DNA of 64,000 bases from Mobula hypostoma (Eukaryota). Below, in pieces: positions 48,604 through 58,490 of the stretch; position 1 is the stretch's first letter, and the number at the start of each line of letters is the position of its first letter. The stretch is taken from assembly GCF_963921235.1 (NCBI RefSeq), contig NC_086108.1:85438001-85502000 (forward strand), written 5' to 3'. Under the pieces are notes generated by a model. The model saw nothing but the letters and a program-made list of their open reading frames with translations, did no database searches and was not told the origin of the DNA. The translations under genes were made by a program, and so were the position numbers.

Positions 48604-49698
48604 CACAAAATGCTGGTGGAACGCAGCAGGCCAGGCAGCATCCATAAGAAGAGGTACAGTCGACGTTTCGGGCTGAGACCCTTCGTCAAGACTAACTGAA
48701 AGAAGAGATAGTAAGAGATTTGAAAGTGGGATGGGGAGGGGGAGATCCAAAGTGATAGGAGGAGGGGGAGGGAGGGCGCTAAGAGCTGGAAAGTTGATTA
48801 GCAAAAGGGATACAAGGCTGGAGAAGGGAGAGGATCATGGGACGGGAAGCTTAGGGGGAAAGAAATCATCAGAGGAAGATATAGTGAGAGGGACAGAGGG
48901 AGAAAAAAGAGAGAAAGAAGGGAAAAAATAAAAAAATAAGGGACGGGGTAAGAAGGGGAGGAGGGGCATTAATGGAAGCTAGAGAAGTCAATGTTCATGC
49001 TATCAGGTTGGAGGCTACCCAGATGGAATATAAGATGCTGTTCCTCTAACCTGAGTGTGGCTTCATCTTGACAGTAGAGGAGGCCATCTATTATTTTTTA
49101 TTTCTTCCCCTTTCTTTCTCTCTCTCCTATTCTGATATGTCTGTCCATGGCCTCCTCTACTGTCAAGATGAAGCCACACTCAGGTTGGAGGAACAACACC
49201 TTATATTCCGTTTGGGTAGCCTCCAACCTGATGGCATGAACACTGACCTCTAACTTCTGTTAATGCCCCTCCTCCCATTCTTACCCCATCCCTTATTTAT
49301 TGATCTATTATTTTTATTTTTTCCTTTTTTTCTCTCTCTCTGTCCCTCTCACAAATACTTCTTGCCTGCTCTCCATCTTCCTCTGGTGCTCCCCTCCCCC
49401 TTTCTTTCTCCCTAGGCCTCCCGTCCCATGATCCTCTTCCTTCTCCAGCCTTGTATCCCTTTTGCCAATCAACTTTCCAGCTCTTAGCTCCATCCCTCCC
49501 CCTCCTGTCATCTCCTATCATTTCGGATCTCCCCCTCCCCCCCCACTTCCAAATCTCTTCTTTCAGTTAGTTCTGATGAAGGGTCTCAGCCCGAAACGTC
49601 GACTGTATCTCTTCCTAGAGATGCTGCCTGGCCTGCTGCGTTCCACCAGCATTTTGTGTGTGTTGCTTGAATTTCTAGCATCTGCAGATTTCCTCGTG
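48604..49698. mobile_element. 1.1-kb fold-back Penelope-like family-1 insertion
   Basis: Minus arm 48604-49087 and plus arm about 49128-49698; 13-bp TSD tcagggcaatatg (48591-48603, 49699-49711); a hammerhead in each arm (48658-48693 minus, 49569-49604 plus). Confidence 0.92.
49569..49604 (+). ncRNA. Best-preserved minimal type-I hammerhead ribozyme motif
   Basis: AGTT-CTGATGA-A-GGGT-CTCA-GCCC-GAAACGTC-GACT: full core, stem II of 3 GC pairs plus UG, ACGU palindrome, predicted cleavage after 49600. Confidence 0.8.
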
Positions 49699-50422
49699 TC
49701 AGGGCAATATGGATGGAAGAGCAACCATTATGCTGATGTTTTGTGTGTCTACTACATTTGAAGGAGCAGGCAGCATTTTGCTCTGTATTTCCAGCACCTG
49801 CCGATTTCAATTTGTTTATGATTTGTGGCTCCACTGTGAAGCCTCTTCGTGATACACCTAGCCTGAGGAAGTTTAAATTTTCTCTTTGGGAGTTCATTGA
49901 GAACCTCTCTCATTGCTCCCCTTCTTTGAACTCTGCTGCTCTCTGGTTGTTCAACAAGGTGCTAACTTAGAATTGCTACGGCAGCCACAAGTCCTTTCTC
50001 AGAACTTGTCTCGCCACCATCTTGTGCCTTCTTCAGCCTTTACCTCTTCCACCTATCACCTCCCAGCGTTGTACTTCATGCCCCTTGTCCCACTCATCTT
50101 CCTCCTTCACCTGCTTTCACATATCACCTACCAGCTTGTACTCCTACCCCTCCCACCACCTTGTTACTCTCTATTTTGCCCCTTTCCTTTCCAGTCCTGG
50201 TGAAGTCTAGACCCAAGATGTCAACTGTTTATTATAGATGCTGTCAGACTTGCTGAGTTCCCCCAGCATTTTATGTCTGTTGCTCAGACTTACCAGTTTA
50301 CAGTGAGGACAGCAGGATAGGTTCTGGATCCTTAGATATTAATGCTGATATTTTGGGCACATTGCCTGTGATCAATACTGTATGATCACTTGAGTTGTAA
50401 ATTATTAGACAACACTTTTTTT

Positions 50423-51086
50423 TTAGATTATGAGGACACTCAGTCCTCGTTTATTGTCATTTAGAAATGCATGCATTAAAAATGATACAATGTTCCTTCG
50501 GTATGATATCACAGAAACACAAGACAGACCAAGACTAAAACTGACAAAAACCACATAATTATAACATTTTTACAACAGTGCAAAGCAATACCGTATTTGA
50601 TCAGAGCAGACCATGGGCATGGTAAAAAAAAAGTCTCAAAGTCCCGATAGCCCATCATCTCACGCAGACCGTAGAAGGGAGAAACTCTCCCTGCCATGAG
50701 CTTCCAGCGCCGCAAACTTGCCGATGCAGCATCCCGGAAGCACCCAACCACAGTCCAACTCTGAGTCCATCCGAAAACTTCGAGTCTCCGACCAGCCCTC
50801 TGACACCGAGCACCGTCTCTGCCGAGCGCTTTGACCCCGGCCCCGGCCGCCCAGCAACAGGCAAAGCCGAGGACTTGGGGCCTTCCCCTCCGGAGATTTC
50901 AGATTACACAGTAGCAGCGGCAGCGAAGAAGGCATTTCAGAAGTTTCACCAGATGTTCCTCCGTGCTCTCATGTCTGTCTCCATCAAATCAGAATTGTGC
51001 ACAGCCTCCTACTTGACAGATAACAGATATTCATCACCAGAGAGGCCGCGCGCACTGTGTCGCCCTGCCATCTTCTCCTCCTCCCC
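50423..51086 (-). mobile_element. GC-rich non-coding, non-autonomous retroelement (unclassified)
   Basis: 5' end GGGGAGGAGGAGAAGATGGC; CpG-rich body; 3' AATAAA followed by the stem-loop GAGGAC-TGAGT-GTCCTC, then ATAATCTAA and an A run. Confidence 0.55.
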
Positions 51087-51449
51087 ATTACTTTAGTATA
51101 TTTCCTCAGTTTGTTTCAGACTCAGCTGCTTTTATGACTTATGAATGTCCTTAGCCAGTACCATTGAATCCGGGGTGCCCTACTCTCACTCCAGTTCTAT
51201 GCACAGAACTCGGCAGCAGCTGGGGTAGGAAATGTTTGTGGGTGGATAGAATGGGATAAGTAATTGGGGAGGTGATGCACTCACTCTGCTATTCTCTCTT
51301 GACTTTTCCTTGTTCAAAATAAAGAGAAAAGGTTCTCCGTGCCTTCATGAAAGCTCAGTTTAAGCGGTCATGGGCCAGGGATTCCCAGAAGTCAGTGTTA
51401 CACGTTCAAGAAGGCTTTGAGAACATTCTTGTGATGGAGTAGTGTGTTT

Positions 51450-51870
51450 GCGAATGCTGTGGGAACCCGGGAGAGGAAGCTGGCAATGAATTGCTTAGTC
51501 TACCAGTGGAATTTGATGATTTGCATTGACTGCATCACTGGTGTTTGGTATCACTACTGAGGTTGGTCAATGGCTCTACATATACAGGAGAACACGGATC
51601 AAAAATGCCTTAGAGGCCACGAGCCTTGCGTCAGATTTGAGGTCTTGATTCTCAGATAGTGCTTTCCTCTGACACCATACGCTGGGCTGGCTCACTAGAG
51701 TCTGTGGTGAATTTCATTATTAATGTTTACCTCCCTGAGAAGTTGCTCATGAAATAAAAAATACGATCTACACATTTCAGCATCTTCTCTTCAATGCTTT
51801 TGTGGAGTGGGGCCAAGTTCGTGGAGAGAATTTGTTTTGCTGATGTTTTATGTAATGACTTCAGTAAGTG
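51450..51870 (-). mobile_element. Ancient RTE LINE fragment
   Basis: Minus strand decayed GVRGKHYLRIKTSN / ENQDLKSDAR ... IRVLLY resembles RTE RLRKRVF ... TKL.VY.AVV...LLYG. Confidence 0.45.
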
Positions 51871-51899
51871 GTGATTTTTTTTGTTTTGATCATGATTTA

Positions 51900-52480
51900 G
51901 GCCATAAGATACAGGAACAGAATTAGGCCATTCAGCCCATCAAGTCTGCTCCACTACTCCATCACAGATGATTTATTATCCTTCTCAACCCCCTTCCACC
52001 TTCTCCCTTAAATCTTTGATGCCCTTTGTAATCAAGAACCCATTAATCTCCACTTTAAATATACCAAATGACTTGGCCTCCATGTGGCAATATATTTCAA
52101 AATTCGCCACCCTCTGGGTAAAGAAATTCCTTATCGTCTCTGTTCTAAATGGATATTCCTTTATTGTGAGGCTGTGCTCTCCGGTACTAGACCCCTACTA
52201 TACAAAACAACTTCTCCACATCCACCCTATCTAGGCCTTTCAAACTTTGATAGGTTTCCATGTGAATTCTACCCCCCCCCCGCAACCATTCTTTTAAACT
52301 CCAGTGAGTAAAGTCTCAGAGCCATCAAATGCTCCTCATATATTAACCCTTCCATTCCTGGAATCATTCTTGTGAACCTCCTCTGGACTCTCTCCAATGC
52401 CAGCACATTATTTCTTTAATAAGGGGTCCAAAACTGCTCACGATACTCCAATTGTGGTTTGTGCAATGCTCTATAAAGCC
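51900..52480 (-). mobile_element. CR1 LINE 3' fragment
   Basis: Reverse of the CR1 C-terminus (LYRALHKPQLEY ... RFTRMIPGM); tail cataagatacaggaacagaattaggcc. Confidence 0.85.
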
Positions 52481-52560
52481 ATTTAGCAAAAAGTCTATGC
52501 CTTTATTCCTTCTAGAGTTCAACCTCTGAATGGTCGGAAACTCAAGCGTCGTCTGTGTTA

Positions 52561-52752
52561 TTACTTGGGTTGGAGCAACAATTGCCCCGTGGTAGTAGTG
52601 ATGTAGCTTGAATGTTTTTTTGGAGTCTGGTATTGGGCATATGAAGGATGCGGCCTATCCCAAAGTTCTTTCCCTTCAACAGCATGCTGCCTGCCCGCCA
52701 TAACTGTGAGACCCAGGAAAAAGCTGATCACTTCCCATATCTTCATAGTCAT
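52561..52752 (-). CDS. Candidate 63-aa ORF with a signal-peptide-like N-terminus (unverified)
   Basis: MTMKIWEVISFFLGLTVMAGRQHAVEG-KELW...; A at -3 of the ATG, TAA TAA stop, AATAAA about 55 nt downstream; lies in sequence not recognised as a repeat. Confidence 0.15.
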   Translation of the reverse strand: MTMKIWEVISFFLGLTVMAGRQHAVEGKELWDRPHPSYAQYQTPKKHSSYITTTTGQLLLQPK

Positions 52753-55256
52753 TTTTGCAGTAGCAGGAACAGATATTAATGATGAACTTCAACACCCCCT
52801 TCAATGTTCTAGCATTGTCAATGGTTGAAAAAAATGGTACCTTCATAAAAAAACCTCAGACTTAGCACAAAAGGTGTGGTCTACCAGGCAGTCGTCATAC
52901 CAGCATGCTCTCTCTGACTCTGAGACGAAAATATTCTACTGCAGGCATCTCAAGGTACTGGAAAAGTATCGCCAGTGTTGTCCATGCAAAATTCTCTACA
53001 GGAAGGACAAGTGTAGCAATGGGCAACTTGTGCAGTACTGAAACTTTGGTTGTGATCTGTTGGCTCTAGTTGGGAAGGGTACATTGATTGCATGTCCGAT
53101 AATAATCTTCCAAAAGAAATGTACCATTGGAATTCCATCATATATGTTCCAGGTGTATTTATGTCAGGGCTGTTGACTGAAATGAAGAGCATTCTCAGAA
53201 AAATAAAGCAGGCATTTAGGAGGTACTGAAATCTGTATTCCTCCTCCACCATCAAATCACAATGTGTTAATGAAAACACAAAGGAACTACAGATAAATTA
53301 CTTTAATTAGCTCTTCAGCAATCTGCCAGGTTAGCCCTCAAATTGATATGTGCTCATCCACCGCAATCCCAAGGTGATTTCCTCTTAAAGCTTTTACTGT
53401 TCTGTTCTAATCATCACCTTGAACCTTACTGTCATGTGAAAAACTGTACGCAATGAATTTTGTTAACACAGAACAAAGAATAGCAAAGTACAGGAAAGAG
53501 ACCTTTTGGCCTGTGACGTTATGCTGAACTAATAAAATTAGTAATCAAATGTCCAGTAAAGCTAATCCCTTCTGCCTACACAATGTCCATATCCTTCTAT
53601 TCCTTGTGCTGATCTAAAAGCCTCTTGAGCTCTGCTATTATACTTGCCTCCATTACCACTCCCAATAACCAGTCAGTGGTGTAGTGCCATCCACACCGGA
53701 CTTCAGGGCTAGTGATTAGTGATTAAGGCTGGCTCTTTGTATGCTTTCCATCTGTGCAGGATTGAGCATTGAGCTAGTAGCTCGGCCTTGTAAAAGACAA
53801 ATGTTAAAGAAACTACCAGGTTGCCGGCCAAAGAGCCACAAGGCACAGAGAACAACTATATATATTATGTTTTATACATATTATATTTTATATTTTTTAT
53901 TTTATATTTTTTATATTTTAGGAGAAATTTTGGGAGTGCAGAGTTTGTGTGTTCCTGTCAGGATTAAAGGCAAAGTGATTAGGAATAAGGAACCTTGGTT
54001 CTCAAGGGATATTGTAACTCTGATAAAGAAGAAGAGGGAGTTGTATGACATGTATAGGAAACAGGGAGTAAATAAGGTTCTTGAGGAGTATAAAAAGTGC
54101 AAGAAAATACTTAAGAAAGAAATCAGGAGGGCGAAAAGAAGACATGAGGTTGCCTTGGCAGTCAAAGTGAAGGATAATCCAAAGAGCTTTTACAGGTATA
54201 TTAAGAGTAAAAGGATTGTGAGGGATAAAATTGGTCCTCTTGAACATCAGAGTGGTCAGCTATGTGCGGAACCAAAAGAAATAGGGGAGATCTTAAATGG
54301 TTTTTTTGCGTCTATATTTACTAAGGAAACTGGCATGAAGTCTATGGAATTAAGGGAAACAAGTAGTGAGATCATGGAAACTGTACAGATCGAAAAGGAG
54401 GAGGTGCTTGCTGTCTTGAGGGAAATTAAAGTGGATAAATCCCCGGGACCTGACAAGGTGTTCCCTCGGACCTTGAAGGAGATTAGTGTTGAAATTGCAG
54501 GGGCCCTGGCTGAAGTATTTAAAATGTCGCTGTCTACAGGTGAGGTGCCGGAGGATTGGAAAGTGGCTCATGTTGTTCCGTTGTCTAAAAAAGGATCGAA
54601 AAGTAATCCGGGAAATTATAGGCTGGTAAGTTTAATGTCAGTAGTAGGTAAATTATTGGAGGGAGTACTAAGAGACAGAATCTACAAGCATTTGGATAGA
54701 CAGGGACTTATTAGGGAGAGTCAACATGGCTTTGTGCATGGTAGGTCATGTTTGACCAATCTATTGGAGTTTTTCGAGGAGGTTACCAGGGAAGTGGATG
54801 AAGGGAAGGCAGTGGATATTGTCTACGTGGACTTCAGTAAGGCTTTTGACAAGGTCCCGCATGGGAGGTTAGTTAGGAAAATTCAGTCGCTAGGTATACA
54901 TGGAGAGGTGGTAAATTGGATTAGACACTGGCTCAAAGGAAGAAGCCAAAGAGTGGTAGTAGAGAATTGTTTCTCCGAGTGGAGGCCTGTGACTAGTGGT
55001 GTGCCACAGGGATCAGTGCTGGGTCCATTGTTATTTGTCATCTATATCAATGATCTGGATGATAATGTTGTAAATTGGATCAGCAAATTTTCTGATGATA
55101 CAAAGATTGGAGGTGTAGTAGACAATGAGGAAGGTTTTCAGAGCCTGCAGAGGGACTTGGACCAGCTGGAAAAATGGGTTGAAAAATGGCTGATGGAGTT
55201 TAATACAGACAAGTGTGAAGTATTGCACATTGGAAGGACAAACCAAGGTAGAACAT

Positions 55257-55527
55257 TTAAACGCAAACAACAGGAATTCTGCAGATGCTGGAAATTCAAG
55301 CAACACGCATCAAAGTTGCTGGTAACGCAGCAGGCCAGGCAGCATCTGTAGGAAGAGGTGCAGTCGACGTTTCAGGCCGAGATCCTTCGTCAGGACTAAC
55401 AGACGTTTCAGGCCGAGACCCTTCGTCAGGACTAACGTTAGTCCTCGGCCTGAAACATCGACTGCACCTCTTCCTACAGATGCTGCCTGGCCTGCTGCGT
55501 TTACCAGCAACTTTGATGTATGTTGCT
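55257..55527. mobile_element. 271-bp fold-back family-1 pLTR insertion with tandem hammerheads
   Basis: Perfect 14-bp TSD ccaaggtagaacat (55243-55256, 55528-55541); inverted arms 55299-55381 and 55444-55527. Confidence 0.95.
55362..55433 (-). ncRNA. Two tandem minimal hammerhead cores
   Basis: Minus strand AGTC-CTGACGA-AGGGTCTCGGCCT-GAAACGTC / TGTT-AGTC-CTGACGA-AGGATCTCGGCCT-GAAACGTC-GACT. Confidence 0.75.
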
Positions 55528-58249
55528 CCAAGGTAGAACATACAGGGTTAATGGTAAGGCACTGAGGAGTGCAGTGGAACAGAGGGATCTGGGAATACAG
55601 ATACAAAATTCCCTAAAAGTGGCGTCACAGGTAGATAGGGTCGTAAAGAGAGCTTTTGGTACATTGGCCTTTATTAATCAAAGTATTGAGTATAAGAGCT
55701 GGAATGTTATGATGAGGTTGTATAAGGCATTGGTGAGGCCGAATCTGGAGTATTGTGTTCAGTTTTGGTCACCAAATTACAGGAAGGATATAAATAAGGT
55801 TGAAAGAGTGCAGAGAAGGTTTACAAGGATGTTGCCAGGACTTGAGAAACTCAGTTACAGAGAAAGGTTGAATAGGTTAGGACTTTATTCCTTGGAGCGT
55901 AGAAGAATGAGGGGAGATTTGATAGAGGTATATAAAATTATGATGGATATAGATAGAGTGAATGCAAGCAGGCTTTTTCCACTGAGGCAAGGGGAGAAAA
56001 AAACCAGAGGACATGGGTTAAGGGTGAGGGGGGAAAAGTTTAAAGGGAACATTAAGGGGGGGCTTCTTCACACAGAGTGGTGGGAGTATGGAATGAGCTG
56101 CCAGACGAGGTGGTAAATGTGGGTTCTTTTTTTAACATTTAAGAATAAATTGGACAGATACATGGATGGGAGGTGTATGGAAGGATATGGTCCGTGTGCA
56201 GGTCAGTGGGACTAGGCAGAAAATGGTTCGGCACAGCCAAGAAGGGCCAAAAGGCCTATTTCTGTGCTGTAGTTTTTCTATGGTTTCTATATATACACCA
56301 CTCATGGTAGTGCATCTGTGTAAAAAGAAACAACTTGCCCTGTACAACTCCTTTGAACTATGTCCCCTCTCATGGCTTCTGGTATTAGACATTTCAATCC
56401 TGGGGAAAAGATAGTGGGCACTTTGTTATTTTCTATTTCATTCTCTAAACAAAAATAAGGCTAGTTTTGTGGTTTGGAGTTTGGCTGAGTAAAAACTGGT
56501 TTGACAAAGCTTAGGTATTGAGTAATTCCTTTCTGTCAAACCTGTAGATTTCATGTAATACAAGAAATTTAGAGAGTTGGACAGGGACATAAAGTGGTAA
56601 CATAATGGGGCAATTTATGTATCTCAGTTGTAGAATAAAATATGAATGTCCGAGTTTATCAACAGTGAGTCTGATTAACTTAATGAAAAAGGCAAAATAG
56701 CTTTATCTTAAATTACTCTTGTCTAAATTCCAAAAAAAAAACTCCCACAGATATAGAGCACTGTATTAAGGAATGTTTTTGTGGAAAGAGATTAAAGGAC
56801 TTCTGGTACAAAAGCATGATTTTATTAGTTGTGAAATTAAATGATTAAATCATACTCGAAGAAATTACCATGTATCTCCTTCCAGCAAAACTGTGTTCAT
56901 TATCCAACTGCAAACTTAGGTAAAGATAGATCGATGGGAAAATTCTGAAATTCAGGCTGCTGTTGTTCAGCCTAACTGATTACAGGTAAGTGATTCTTGT
57001 CAGTGTTGTTTTAAGGTCACAAAGAAAATCTTTCAGCATCTCAGCATTCCAATTCTTTTATCCTTAGCCATTAGGACTTCCAGCTTCACTGTGTCTCATT
57101 GTGCTCCTGGAGCTCTTTTACTCTGCAGTTCACTCACTTTGTTTTGTCAGTCGGATTTTCCTGCCTTTATATGTCACTCACACCTCCACTTACTTGCAGC
57201 CCTTTTTAATCCTTATTTTAATTGGATCTCTTTGTTTCCCACACCATTTAGATTCTCTCATCTCGTCATGTCACTCCTGTTCTTTGCCTCAGGTGGGTTT
57301 CTTAGTTCTCAGCCAGGTGAACTGCTGTGTGAAAAAACACTGATCTGCCTCAGAAAAAACAAAAATGACAGACTGAGTCATACTTGGGTTGGAATGTGTT
57401 TCCTGGAAAAACAATATGCAAAAGTGAAGGATATGTGTGGAAGAAGAAGCTAGAAGAAGACCGTAAGACTTTAGCAATGATCGAATGATCAATGATCTCA
57501 ATTCAGCCTGTTGAGTCATCATGACTGATTTATTTATTTTCCCTCTCAACCCCATTCTCCCACTTTCTCCACGTTACGTTTGATGTCCTTACTCATCAAG
57601 ACCTATCAGCTTCCGCTTTAAATATACCCAATAACTTGGCCTCCCCAGCCGTCTGTGGCAATGAATTCCACAGATTCACCACCCTCCGGCAAAGAAATAT
57701 GATCGGCTTAGATGAGGAGCAGAGACATAAATTTGGATAGCAGGGTTTAAAAATGTAAAGAAAACAGATTAAGGGAGGGGCAGCATGACTATTAACAGAG
57801 GATCAGACAGTTATCAAAAGTGATGATTTATCCTCAGATGAAAGGACTGAGTCAATTTAGTTGGAAACCTGCAAGAAAGATTTATAATTAGAAATCTTTG
57901 AATACCTTTAGAACAAAAGCATGACGCAGAACTATTTAGCAAACAGGTTTAGCTTAGGAGTGAAGAGAGTGCCAATTCCTGGGAAAATTTAATTGCTAAG
58001 AAAGAAGAGTAGAATAATTTTATGTTCTAAAAAGGGTAAATTGGAGCCATTGCAGGATTTCTTGAAACAGTCACATTAAAATGGGTATCCAGGCAAAAAA
58101 CTTTGTTTGATCTGACAGTTCAAGTTAATCTGAGAAGCAGGTCTATCTGGAGACTGGAATGCAATTGAATGCAAGCTATCATATGCAATCAAATTCACTT
58201 TTGTGGCTGATACCTAGAATGTTTAGCACTTTGCTGCCATGCTGGGCAA

Positions 58250-58490
58250 ATCCTGCATTGTCTGGGTGGCAGCTTTCAGGATAAAATGATTAAACAGTCT
58301 CACTTCTCTTCCTGGATGGATGCAAATGATCAGAGGTAACTTTGATTGTAGAGATGGAGATTTCATTTAAGTGTCCTGGGTTTGATCTACCTCAGAATGA
58401 ACATTGCTTAAGTGGACGTATCTGGCTGTTAATATCTTACTGTCTTGGGAGCTAGTTTTGCACAATTTGCCTGCCAATTTTACAGACGAT
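58250..58490 (+). mobile_element. Ancient Deu-domain SINE
   Basis: ctgcattgtctgggtggcagctttcaggataaaatgattaaac ... ggatggatgcaaatgatc ... gtgtcctgg ... tatctgg ... tgggagct ... gcacaatttgcctgcc is colinear with the Deu-domain consensus as recalled. Confidence 0.55.

Larger units (their letters stand above)
53921..56290 (+). mobile_element. Young CR1 LINE (ORF2 RT region to 3' tail) disrupted by a 271-bp insertion
   Basis: ORFs 53741..55351 and 55520..56116 join at NQGRT/YRVNG once the insert and one TSD copy are removed; tail tttctatggtttcta. Confidence 0.95.

Noticed and set aside
53741..55351. 536-aa ORF as a host gene or chimeric protein
   Set aside because: It is CR1 ORF2. The N-terminus is read-in from a SINE-like and AT-rich flank, and the C-terminus is read-through into the pLTR insert.
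12825..56995. Isolated consensus splice donors (about 12831, 21824 and 56986)
   Set aside because: No convincing paired acceptor or coding frame; such motifs are expected by chance in 64 kb.
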